In this document: piece by piece, positions 1 through 12,551 of the stretch
Numbering within the stretch: the stretch's first letter is position 1
Layout of the letters: every line of letters starts with the position of its first letter
Origin: the human T2T-CHM13v2.0 reference genome, Homo sapiens
Strand: one strand, 5' to 3'
Length of the DNA: 64,000 bases
NCBI RefSeq assembly: GCF_009914755.1
Contig: NC_060928.1
The notes under the pieces: generated by a model
What the model was told of the DNA's origin: nothing
The model's database searches: none
What the model saw: only the letters and a program-made list of their open reading frames with translations
Position numbers and translations under genes: made by a program

Positions 1-1200
1 GGTCATTTGGAAATTCACATTAAAGTTTAATTATTGCACACTGTACAATAGAACTAAAAAAAAAAAAGAAAAAAGAAAAACTAAACAAATTCCTCCCATG
101 TAACTGAGATATGGTACACTTTGACCATCTTGTCCTCATTCCCCTGGTCACGCCTCTGTCTCTGTAATCACTATTGTACTCTCTGCTTCTATGAGTTTGA
201 TTGTTTTAGATTGTTTAGATGTAAGTGAGAACTTGTGCTGTCTGTCTTATTGTGCCAGCTTATCTCATTTAGTATAATGTTCTGCAATACCATCCATGTC
301 TTGCAAATGGCATAATTTTCTTCTTTTTTAAGGCAGAATACTATTTCATAGTGTATATATACCACATTTTTATAATCATTTCATTCATTGATGGACATTT
401 GATTCCATAATTGATTGAGTTGATTTCAATCAATTGAATTGATTGATTGCATAATTGAGTTGATTCCACAACTTGGCTGTTGTGGATGACGTTGCAATAA
501 ACATGGGATTGCAGATATTTCTTTGATATATTGATTTTAAATCTTTTGGGCACGTACCCAGAAGTGAGCTTGTTAAATCATATGGTAATTCAAATTTTAG
601 TTTATTATTATTATACTTTAAGTTCTGGGGTACATGTGCACAACGTACAGGTTTGTTACATAGGTATACATGTGTCATGTTGGTTTGCTGCACCCATCAA
701 CTCGTCATTAACATTAGGTATTTCTGAGGAAATTCCATATAGTTTCCCGTGAGATCTGTACTAGTTTACATTTTCACTAGTTGTATACAAGTGTTCCCTT
801 TTCCCAGCATTTCACTGACCCTTGTTATCTTTTGTCTTTTTTATAAAACCCAGTCTGACAGGTGTGAGATGATCTCTCTTCATGGTTTTAATTTACATTT
901 TTCAAATGATCAACCATGTTGAGCATTTTAAAAATAGATCTGCTGGCCATTTGGATATCTTCTTCTGAGGAATGTCTATTCAGGCCCCTTGTCATATTAA
1001 AATTGTGTTTCTTGTTTCTTTGCTGTTGAGTTATGTGAGTTTCTTATATATCTTGTATGATTACCCCTTATCAAATGTATGGCTAAAATATTTTCTCCCA
1101 ATCTTTAGATTGTCTCTTTACTCTGTTAATTATTTTCTTTGCAGTGCAGAAGCTTTTCGGTTTGATGTAATTTCCTTTGTCTATTTTTGCTTTTATTGCA
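1..1200 (-). mobile_element. L1MA-type LINE-1 3' end (3'UTR plus ORF2 tail), antisense
   Basis: Antisense L1M 3' motifs: 'ctctctgcttctatgagtttga', 'aggcagaatactatttcatagtgtatatataccacattt', 'gcagtgcagaagctttt'. Boundaries approximate. Confidence 0.8.
601..725 (-). mobile_element. ~120 bp L1PA extreme 3' end inserted in the L1MA
   Basis: 'ttattattatactttaagttctggggtacatgtgcacaacgtacaggtttgttacatagg...cattaggtatttct' is the antisense L1PA terminus. It splits the host motif 'ttttagttt|tgaggaa'. No clear TSD. Confidence 0.85.
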
Positions 1201-2309
1201 ACCCCGACCATCTACTTTGTGTTATGTATTTACTTTGTCAAACATGACATCTAATCATGCCATTTTTTCAGAGACATTGAGACGTCAAGGGGATGAGGTT
1301 CTATATTCTGAGATTTTCTTTGAGAAAACTCCCATTCATTCTTATGAAATAAAGGAGAAAATGATTGGTTATTGAAACAAACTAACCTGCTGAAAATGAA
1401 CGTCTGTTTTCCTTTGAAACTTGCGCTCACTTCCTTTAATTGACCCAATTGCTGCCACTTTGGCCTCCGGACGCTCCCCGCAGCTCTGTATTGATTCCCT
1501 GGGAAGGTTGCATTGAGGCAGCGGCTCTCAAACCTAATTTTTCCATTCAGTTTTACTTTCTATTAGTTGAAACAGACAACACCATCTCCTCACTAAAGAT
1601 ATATGCTACGGAAGTATACAAACAGGTTCTGGAGCCTAGGGCATTCATTAAAATAGAAATACCGTAAACATTTATTATATCAGAAATGGGAGACTGCACA
1701 CCACTGACCAAACAACAGATGTGTCAAAATGATGCATTAGTTGAATTTTGCCGTGCTTTCCTCTTCCTTTTCCACCTGAGAACAAAGCAATGTACCAGTT
1801 AGAAAAAGTAAAATAAAATAAAATCAGCGACTGAGTTGCAGAGTAAATGATATCAAAACTCTCTGCAGATTTAATAAAAGTAAATTACTAGAGGTCATTA
1901 CTTTTCATGTTTATTGATTTTTGCAGTCAATATCATTATTAACTAGTGGAGAAAAAGATTTATCATGAAGTTCCAAAATACAGAGTTAAAGGAAGGAGAA
2001 AGTTCAGTTAGTTCTCTATTTAAGGAAACATTATACTCACGAGCTATTATCAAAAAAACAAAGAATTGATAGTCAATGTTTTTTAAAAAAAGTTTTCTAC
2101 AGTCATGAAAAGGTATAGATTGTGTAAAAGAAGGTTGTGTTTATTTTTAAAAATTAATATTATTATTGTGTTAATATAAAAATTTTAAATGAAGCAAGAA
2201 TGAGTAAAACATTTTTTCCACTTGAGTATACCAATTTATATTTTCTAGTATTGCTCTTCAGTTTCCTGAAGCCCTCTGACAACCTAATAACAGTGTTACT
2301 AATAACATC

Positions 2310-2420
2310 GCAAACTCTTTGTGTAAACTCCACAAAGACAGGAACCTTGTTTATCTTTCTCTTATCTTCACAGTGCCTGGCATATCATAGAAACTCAATA
2401 AATATTCTTGAATGAAGGAA
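2310..2420 (+). mobile_element. L2 3' terminal fragment
   Basis: 'cacagtgcctggcatatcatagaaactcaataaatattcttgaatgaa' matches the L2 3' tail. Confidence 0.65.
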
Positions 2421-3955
2421 GAACCAGCAAGTTTCAAAGTAATTTTGAAGGGACTAGGTCATCAACTGAGTGGAATAACTTGGGTGAACTGACTACTGCC
2501 TCAGAACAATAACATTTTGCTATAATATCCCATTACTATGCTAATGTTTCAGTGCAAAAGAAGCACAGAAGAAGAGACCAAACTCCATGAACTTAAAAAA
2601 AGGGATTTATAGATACAGAATACCCAGAAGCCAAAACTTACACTTTCTGATATGTCCAGAACTATTTTGGGTTAAATTTTTGATACTATTCCTGCATCTC
2701 TGAAGCAAAACTCATAAGCACAGCTATTTGAATAAAATATCTGCTAATCTAAGCCATTTTCCCTCAGTCACCACAGAAGGCTGTAATCATAGATGCTACT
2801 ATGAGTCAATGATTCCTTCAAATGGTTTAGTTATCAATAAAACCATCAAATGGACCATTTCCCATGAACTTGGATGAAAAGTATTATGTAGATTATATTA
2901 TGTGATGTTAAAATATTATTTTCATGAACTAAAATTCACCTTAAATGTAACTACTTAAAATTTGTACATTTTGAAATAATAACCAATCTGTTTTAAAATT
3001 TCCCACTGAAAAGTTTTTCATTTTTTATTTTATTTTATTTTATTTTATTTTGTCACACTATGAGAGGCATTCTTGCAGCCCCATGCCAAGCACTAACTGC
3101 ATGCAGAGCACAATGCTCCAATTTGCATCTTCCAAAAAAAGACAGCTCAACCAGACTTAATGTATTTTGGCTGGAAATTTGTATGCTTAGTCTCTGCCCA
3201 ACATACTTTAGTTTGAAAGAGCCAAGCTATAAAGCCTAGAATGATAGTTTATAATAGGAAGCTTGATAGAGTTGTTTCCACTGATATTTTATCAGCTCCA
3301 GCAGTAACGCAATTTGTTTCTTAGAGAGATGGGAGTGTTCCTTGTGGACAGAAAAATAATGGTGGGTTTTACAATGATTATTTTGGAGAAGTCATCTTTT
3401 CTACCTTTCTGCAAATGCTATAGTATCTTTAGGTTATTTTATAATTTGTGTATAATCATAAATTATATATTTCTTTGTGGGTCTAGTTTGATTTGTAAAA
3501 TACTGAGACTTCATGAAATAAAATTTTTTTTTATAGAAAGCATTCACAAGAAGTAAACTTCAGTTAACTTTGTTCTCCTTATTAGGAACTTTCCCTGCAT
3601 ACACTTGCATGGAGGGAGATTAGTGAACAAAAAGAAACAGTAGAGAGCTTTTGCCCATTTCTTATCTTTATTAAACTCCTGCCCACATGCCATTAGATTA
3701 TCCTTTTTACCTTTTATAAAATAGTAATTGTCAATTACTTTACACTTCCTTTTATATTTATCTCTTTTGGATATTCTTACTTAAATTATTAAATAGAAAA
3801 TGTAGTTTATCAGTAACAAGCCATATAATCATAGAATTGCACATAGAAGTTGTGCCAGCTACAATATCATGGGTGGAAAGATTGATTTCTATTTTACGTG
3901 GCTTCTCAAGACCACGTTTATTCTCAAATGTAGAAAATGTACTCTTGCCAAGTCA

Positions 3956-4334
<379 letters not shown>

Positions 4335-4453
4335 TCAGTCAAATATAGGTATTTTTCCCACTTTTACTCTCCTTCATTTTCTGGCTGGCAGGCTGGACTT
4401 TAGTAGTGGTAACTTTGGTTTTATTCCCTCAGAATCAGTCCCTGAGCCTATGA

Positions 4454-5129
4454 TGTTATCAAACTAAACTGGCGTAGGCTCACCGGGCCAAGGTTTGCAG
4501 CAGGAGAAAGGAAGGCATTTATTTGCAGGGCACCAAGAAAGGAGAATCAGGCGGTTCAGGCTTTAGTCCCAACTTCCCCAATGGCTTGAAGATGAGGGTT
4601 TTCTAAGAGCAAGTGTAAATTTCAGGAAGGCAGAAGTTACAGGCAAAATCATAGATCAATACATAGAGGTTACACAGTGTTTGGCCTAAGGTCATATTTA
4701 GATTTAAAGTTCTTCTGATTTGCAGTTGGTTAAAAAAGAGAAGCTTTGTTTAAAAATTTGGGGTGGGCAGAAAAGAACTTTAGCTTGTGGCTCCTGGATG
4801 TGGCTTCCTCCAGGCCCTTCAGGAAAAAATGTAGAACAAAGAACATAAGTGGTCAGAGTTTAGTCCTTAGCACCCCTTTATCTGAGGTCTATGTGCCAGT
4901 GGACCCATTTGGTGTGGATCCAGGTTTCAGCAAAACAATTCAGGGACGTTAGTTATCTTTAGTTTCTAACTTCCTTGCCTATTATTTTGAGCTATTATCA
5001 CCTTCTTGCTTATCAAATTCCTTATATACTTCTCCAGGCTAGCTAGGTCCCTGGAAGAAACTCAAGATTTTTCTTTAATTCTATGTTTGGGTGGGCCTAC
5101 AGGCCAAGAGGGGTCCCTGCTCCCTCTCA
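4454..5129 (-). mobile_element. ERV1-class solo LTR (MER4-group; LOR1/MER34/MER39-like)
   Basis: TG...CA termini with perfect 4-bp TSD ATGA; 'gaaggcatttatttgcagggcaccaag' is the antisense polyA region typical of this group. Confidence 0.8.
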
Positions 5130-5381
5130 ATGATTCAAGTGAGAATAATTTATCTGGGAAATGAACTTAGGAAATACTGGGAAAGCAATGAGGAAAAAAG
5201 AAGGAACGCTAGCTAAGAAAGTATGGTTATCATCAGGGTCACTAATGTGTATAATGAATTTATTCTTGCTGGGGTATTCTTGGAATTTGTAACAAGGCAC
5301 CTCATAAGTTTCCTCCTGAAACCTAAGGGTAGGAGTATTTATGATGCACTGTCATCAACCTTGGCAAAGGCAGAGTGTTAG

Positions 5382-6147
5382 TGAAGCAGGAGAGTTCCCT
5401 GACCCCCCTACAGGATGTGTGACAGGGGTGTGGCTTGTGTGTTCAGCACCATGCACTTAAATCCCTTATAGGAAGGGGAGCATGGAGACGGGCAGGTGCA
5501 GGAGCTGAGGTGAGTGCTTTGGGGCTCCATCCCCATGGTAACAGGTAGGGGTGGGTACCTATGATTTCCAAAGCCCAAGTGGGCGTGTATTACAGTGCGT
5601 TCTTTTAGCTTTGCTGTCCACAGATGGCTTAAGTGTTAACCAGCTCAGTGCCCTCTTGATACCCAGGTCCTTGTCTGGAATCCAGGAAGAATCAGGTCAC
5701 ACATGGACTTGAAGGATAAATGCAGGGATTTTATTAAGTGGTTGCATTGGCTCTCAGTGGGATGGATGGGGAGCTGGAATGGGGATGGGGTGGGAAGGTG
5801 ATCTTCCCCTGCAGTTTGGCCACCCAGTGGCTGATCTCCTCTCTGATCATCCCCAGCCAGACTCCTTTCAGCATTCAGACGTTCCTTTTCTTCTTGCCTT
5901 CTCTACCACACTGTTCTGCCATTTTTCTTCTCTTCTGTTCATCTCCTCATAGATTCTGTAGCATGGGGTCTGAAGTTTATATGGGCACAGGATAGGGGAG
6001 CATGGCGGGCCAAAAGGCAACTTTTGGGCATGAAAATAGGAATGCCTGTTCCCACTTAGGGCCATGGGTTTCCAGGCTTGCAGGTAGGGCCTCTGCCAGG
6101 GAACCACCCTCTTGTACTCAGTATTTCCCTGTCTCCTGTCCATATCA
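5382..6147 (-). mobile_element. LTR1-family solo LTR (ERV1)
   Basis: Minus strand begins 'tgatatggacaggagacagggaaatactg', the LTR1 5' end; TG...CA termini; perfect 4-bp TSD TTAG. Confidence 0.88.
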
Positions 6148-8667
6148 TTAGTTTTCTGACACCTTGGGAACTGACAAAGCAAATAAAGGCTTTGGGCCAA
6201 AGGGTGTATAGAGTCAACCTTTCCAGCATTGACAGGGCTCTGGGGCTACCCTCTCTGCCTCCAGCCTCTCCCTTATCAGCACTGTCATACAGCTTAATAT
6301 GGTGATCCTGACTCCTCTGCAGCCTTCTAGGAGATGAAATATTGCCTTTAAACTTTTATTTTACTAATAGGTCATTTTCACTTTACAAGTGTATTCACCT
6401 ATGACTGCTGAGATATTAAAAAACAAAAAACTGGACTCTGAAAAAAGAGTCCTCACATATAATTTGAGAAGCACTGCCTTAGAGGGCTTCTAGCTCTGTT
6501 CTTATATCCCGGTCATGGAAATGGAACATTCACAGTTTTATATTATTTCAGTAGAGCCTCAAAGCAGAGAGGATACAGGACATGTACCACACTTCCCAGG
6601 GAAGAGCTCGGGTATATTGTGAGCTTATTTAGAGATGGGCTTGAACACGCCCTTGAAGACCTATGCACACCTTCACATCCTTCATAGTAACCACAAGCTC
6701 CAGATGGGCTGTTTACCCCAACCCATTCACCAGCCAGATGAGAGCCAAGTTCAGAGCCGGAGCTGGCCACCAGAGGAATCCAAGCATTAGTGCAGACCAC
6801 GGAGTGCATGAGCTGGTTTACCAGGTAACCGGTAAAAAGCAAACGGCTGCAGTGCAGACCAAGACAAGATAGGGTGGTTCGTCTCATGGACGCTTGTTGT
6901 TGAATCAGGACTTTAGGGTCACGTAGTCTCACCATCATCTCTTTCTTTTGTGATCACTTTTGCCCAGGGTAGACAAGGTTAGCTTTGCTATCACTTTGTA
7001 TTTGGAATTGATTCAACCTGACTTCCTACAGAGTTTTAAGCTTTGATATTTGAAGTCAAACTTTTGATATTCAGAAAACCTTTTTTCTCATGAACTTTTC
7101 CTATATAACTGTCTCTACTAGCATAAACATACATACATATTCACACACACTCTCTCACACACACAATTGTATTTGCCTTAAAAAACAAAAAACAAAAAAA
7201 CTAAGTTATACTTGCCCTTTCTCTTCAAAACAATAGTTACATGAAGTTGTGGTTGCTGCCTGAATGTCAGGGGAAAAGGAATGAGCACCAGGCAGCACAA
7301 TGAAAGAAACCTTACTATGTAAAATAATATTCAAGACTTATGCAGTGACATGTAAATAGGACAAAAATAAAATACAAATAAATACAACTAAGGCTGATTT
7401 TAAGATAAATGAACTCACGTCTAATTACCATTTTCATTAGATACCTAAACATATTTTTACCTGGAATAAGAATCTGAATACCAAATTTTAGTGATGAGAA
7501 TTTTGTAATTTCTGAATCATATTTTATGTGAAAAGCTTTTTGAGGATTTCTTTGTAACCAGACATGGTGTTTTTTTTAAAAAAACACAATAATACAGGGG
7601 ATCAACAGACCAAGCAGGTGCTATCCCCAGTCATTATAGTCAACTTAATAAATACTCTGCACACAGACATCCAAAACCTATGAGCATTGATCCAAAAGAA
7701 AAATCATTAAGGTGAGGATAGAGGTAGCCATTCTCCTGAAAGCTGCTTCCTTTAGTGCCTGTGGTGTTGGCATGAATAGCTCAAAGCTGTCTGGAATTAA
7801 TTCTTTTCTAAAGGGACTGCTGAAAAAGACAGGAACATGTGTTCTTGGCAGAGAAACAAAGGGTTTTAAAGTACTTCAGTATTTATCCCACTACAAGCGA
7901 ACTTAGTGCATTATATTAATATCACAATTGTCCCTCTACAATTGGGGGAGAAGTTTATAGCTGCTGACAAAATTTTCCATACACTTCAATCAGAAAGAAA
8001 CAAATGAGCTGTGTCTATGTGTATGGTGTGTATGTATGCATGCATGCACATATTTTGTGTGTCTGTGTACCTGAGTGTAGGTGAACATGGACCTTTTTTT
8101 TACATGAATGGGTCCCCTAGCGAAGGAGGCAAGACCTTTAAATTTTATCTTTTGAAGTTATGTAAATTTTTATAACAAATAAATAATATATATCCATGGG
8201 CCAAACAAAAACTAAAGTAATCACAAATTATGAGTTTCAAAATCAAAGCACAATTGTATATACAAAACAAAATCCAAAATTAATAAGAATATTCTAAAAT
8301 ATTTTCATAGTTAAGCAAAATGTTATTGGTTCATGTTGAGAAATAAATGTTGGCTTCTAGAGTCCAGGAGGCTTTCTAAAGTTAGAAATCTTTCTTTCTA
8401 ACGCTACACTTTAACATATCTAGGGATACTTCATGAGAAATCTAATATTCATACTTAATTTTTCTATTAATATTATAATTAATGTTTGATAATGGTAACT
8501 CCAATATACTGCAATAACTTTAGATATTAGAACAATTCTTATCACAAACATATTTTTATAACAGGGTTTTCAATCAAGGGTCAAAGAATCACAATTCAAA
8601 TAGAAATAATTTAATGAGCACATTTTATATTTTACATACTTTATTTACATGAATTAAACATGCAAAG

Positions 8668-9027
8668 TGTCTTAGTTTATTTAGGCTGCTATAATGAAAT
8701 TGATGGAATGGCTTATAAACAACAATTGATGGAATGGCTTATAAACACTTATCACAGCTCTGGAGGCTAGGAAGTCTAAGATCAAGGCTTCCAGCAGGTT
8801 CAATATCCGGTGAAGTCCCACTTCCTAGTTCATAGACCAGAGATTTTCTGATTGTATTTTCACATGTTGGAAAGGGCCTCTTTTATAAGGGTATTAATCT
8901 TGTTCACAAGAACTCCACCCTCATGGTCAAACCACTTCTCAAAATCTTCATCCCCAAATATTATAACATTGAGGGTTACGTTTCAACATAAGAATTTTGA
9001 GGGAACATAAACATTCAGTTTAAAGTA
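8668..9027 (-). mobile_element. MLT1A/MST-type MaLR solo LTR
   Basis: 'tgtcttagtttatttaggctgctataa...ctggaggctaggaagtctaagatcaagg...aaacattcag'; near-TSD caaag/caaaa; internal 23-bp duplication 'attgatggaatggcttataaaca'. Confidence 0.85.
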
Positions 9028-11417
9028 CAAAAGTAACCGTATTCAATAGTATAAAGGAAACCTAAATAATGATTCTTGTCAAACTCATATTGTCCAACTA
9101 CTGAACTTCGAAACAAATGAGAAGTCGTGCCTTTTCATTAATGATCAAGAGAAAGTTGTTAGTTCTGTTTCTTGATCCAAACTTTTGATAACGGAGAATG
9201 AATTATTACAACTTAAAGTTGAAGAGTATATGTAACAAACTTTGACTGTCTCAATGTGGCATTCAAATAGGAACCAAGAGACAGCCAAACCTTAGTATTC
9301 AGCTTTTCTCCTTATGGGTCCAGAGCATTAGAACTAAATGCATGGAGACACACCCAAATGGAAGACAGAATCTCACTTTATTATTTGCTGAATGAGGGGC
9401 TTATAACTTATTGTATGGGGCTCTCTGGCAAAATAAAAAGAAAACAAATAAACCAATAAGTAGAGAAAATTTCCCCTGCTTTCCTTCTTCTTATTCTGAG
9501 ATGGCCAGTTCTCAGAGCAGCCTCCTTTCGCTTTCAGATGTAGGCAGAAAGTAAACCACAAGGAAAGAATCAGGCTATTTTAAGGTAGAGTGGGCATTTG
9601 GTTGTATTAAAATTGTGTAATATTCTGGAACTAAAAACTCTCCTAATGCTTCACTGCTGCACATCCCTCTTTCCAACAATTTTCTTGAAGTAAATGGAGC
9701 TCTTTTCTAAAAAAATAGGAAATTTTGGAAAGTACAATTTCACTGTTGTTGTTACACATTTGAAAAATCCCACAATAGGGCTCTTTGGTAAAAATTAGAT
9801 TGGAGAGTGTGGTCTGTGCCTAGAAATCAAATTGAGACTTCCATTTTTTTCCCACCCTTTTCCCAAATCCAAGGTGGGTAGAAGTCCAGAGCAAATCCAA
9901 AGTCCGTTTAGTCAACCAGACATTGCAAATGGGAAAACCTGCTAGGCTTTAAGCTGAGCTCTGCCTAAGCAGGTCCTCTGGGCTGGAGTGGATTTGAGAG
10001 CCCCATCTGACACATGACAAAGTAATAACACTTACTGATAGAATGTAGCTTTGACAACTTCTGAGTTAACGTGGGCCAGTTATCAGGGTACTTCTTAGCC
10101 AGATTGGTCTATAGTTTTAGATTTCACAGAAGGGATCTAAAATTGAATTCTAGCCCACTCAGGGTTTATTAAGCTTGGGGGAAAATGGACAGAATGTAAT
10201 TGAGTTCATCAATGATAGTATGAAAAAAGTTGTCAGTTTATGATGATGAAATATATAGCAGCAAAGCAATTCAATACTTTGTCTACTGATAAAAGCATTT
10301 GTTCCCTAAAAGAGTATTTGGGAAACCAAATATTCCAAAATAGTAGAAAAATTGCTGAGTGAAGATACCTATAAACAAAATGTGTTTTTAAAAATCTGCT
10401 ATTAAGAATAACAGATTGACTTAAAATTCTGACACTTAATGAAAAAAATGCTGCCATTTAGCCATTTTATCACATAATATTTATCGCTTATGTTGTTTAC
10501 ATACTTGAACTTATATTTTCTGCATAACATTGAAGTATGCATTTTATCATTCAACATTGTGCCAAAAGCATAATTTTCTTTTCAGGGGAAGCCTTGAGGA
10601 TATTATGTAAATAGTTGTGTAGCATTCTTTCGTATATACAAGTACCATAATTGATTAAAATATTTACTTTGTTGACCATTTAAGCTGTTAACATTCTTTT
10701 TTGCTGCTACAAACAACTCTCTCCTGAGAATATTTCTATTTATATTTTTTCAATTTCAGATCATTTCTTAGAGTACATACGATGAATAAAATTATTTGGA
10801 TCAGAGTCTATGAACATTTTTAGGACTCAATATACAGAATACACAATGTTTTAAAGTTTGTATCAATATTTATTTCCTTCAGTCTCTTGTGAAACTGCTA
10901 AAATTAAGTATTATCAGGTTTTTAAACCTAGGCTAATTCATCAAGCAAAGAAAAAGATTGTAGAAGTATTTTTAATAATATAGTTATTTAATTATAAATA
11001 AAATAAGCATTTTGACATATTTGTTTGTCATTTGTGGTTTATCTTTAGTGAACTGCTTATTGTGGTACTTTATCTGGTTTATAGAAGTATCTTTTCATTT
11101 CATCAGTATGCAAAAAAATTATAGACTATGTGTATCAATTTTTGCCTTATTGTGAATATCCTCCTAGTTGATAGCATTATATTGTATGATAGTTTTATTT
11201 TAAAAACATTACAAATATTTTAAATTATGGTTTTAAAATTAAAATATTTTAATGTTACAATATTTTTAATGAAGTAGTTTAATGAAGTAAAATTTTTTCT
11301 TCTTTGTAGTGTTGGTTTGAACTGTTACTTCAATCTTTAAAAGAATTTATTTTGCAAGAACGCATAAACTTTTGCCTAATGTATGTTACTTATTAACTTT
11401 AAACATTAATTGTTTTT

Positions 11418-11648
11418 GGCTGGGCATGGTGGCTTACACCTGTAATTCTAGCACTTTGGAAGGTTGAGGCTGACACATATCTTGAGCCCAGCAGTTCGAG
11501 ATCAACCTGAGCAACATGGCGAAACCCTGTATCTACCCAAAAAAGTACCAAAAAAATTAGCCAGTTGTAGTGGTGCATGCATATACTCCCAGCTACTCGA
11601 GAGGCTGAGGTGGAAGGATCACTTGAGCCCAGGAGAGAGAGGTTGCAG
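11418..11648 (+). mobile_element. AluJ, 3'-truncated
   Basis: Left monomer, linker and part of the right monomer ('ggatcacttgagcccagg'); stops at 'gaggttgcag' with no tail. Confidence 0.9.
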
Positions 11649-11697
11649 AATATTTAGAAGGCGAGACTAGAAAAAGTAGCTTTTAAAAAAAAGTGTA

Positions 11698-11993
11698 GGC
11701 CAAGCATTGTGGTCTCATGCCTGTGGTCCCAACTACTCAGGAGGCCAAAGCGGGAGGATCATTTGAGCCCAGGAATTCAAAATCAGCCCGGGCAACATAG
11801 TGAGAGCTTGTCTCTACAAAAAGTAAAAAATAAAAATAAAAAATAAAAAAAACTGGGTGTGGTGGTATACTCCTGTAGTCCCAGCTACTCCAGAGGTTGA
11901 GGCGGGAAGATCGCTTGAGCATGGGAGGTTAAGGATGCAGTGAGGAGAGACTGCCCACTGAACTCCAGCCTGGGTGACACAGACCCTGTCTCA

Positions 11994-12010
<17 letters not shown>
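11698..12010 (+). mobile_element. AluJ, full length, followed by (TA)n at 12011-12037
   Basis: AluJ diagnostics 'ggatcatttgagcccagg' and 'gaccctgtctcaaaa'; poly-A then a TA microsatellite. Confidence 0.92.
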
Positions 12011-12040
<30 letters not shown>

Positions 12041-12323
12041 CAAGTTTTTATTCATCTTGTATTCATCTGAAATTAGATGCTATGGGCATGTGAATTGTTC
12101 TCTTTGTGTGATAAACTTTCCATTGATTAATGTGGTGTTTTTAACACGATTTATTATGTGGATACACACTTATGAACATAGCTCTTTCCTGAGATAAAGA
12201 ATCTTTTCCATTTTTCCGCACATGTTTTTATTTTAGCATTAGTACCAAACTGACTTCATTTGTGTGCTTGTACTCCATGTTATACTCCATGGCTATATAA
12301 ATCAGCAACTACACATTTTGGAG

Positions 12324-12551
12324 TTTTTTGTTTGTTTTTTGTTTTTGAGACAGGGCCTCACTCTGTACAATCTGTCACCCAGGCTGAAGTGGTTGTTTTG
12401 TTTTGTTTTGTTTTGTTTTGTTTTGTTTTGTTTTGTTTTGTTTTGTTGTACAGACCAGTGCCCAAGCTGGTCTCAAACTCCTGGGCTCAAGTGATCTTCC
12501 TGTCTCCACCCCAAGTAGCTGGGACAACACTGTGAGCCACCATGCCTACCC
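12324..12551 (-). mobile_element. Internally deleted AluJ containing a (GTTTT)n microsatellite at ~12391-12448
   Basis: 'ttttgagacagggcctcactctg...cccaggctg', then (ttttg)n, then 'ctggtctcaaactcctgggctcaagtgatc...gagccaccatgcc'. Confidence 0.85.

Larger units (their letters stand above)
4415..6290. mobile_element. Old ERVL-type LTR (LTR33-like) split by two younger solo LTRs
   Basis: Removing the inserts rejoins 'attccctcagaatcagtccctgagcctatga|ttcaagtgagaataatttatctgggaa', which resembles LTR33/LTR16-class termini. Right boundary uncertain. Confidence 0.5.
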
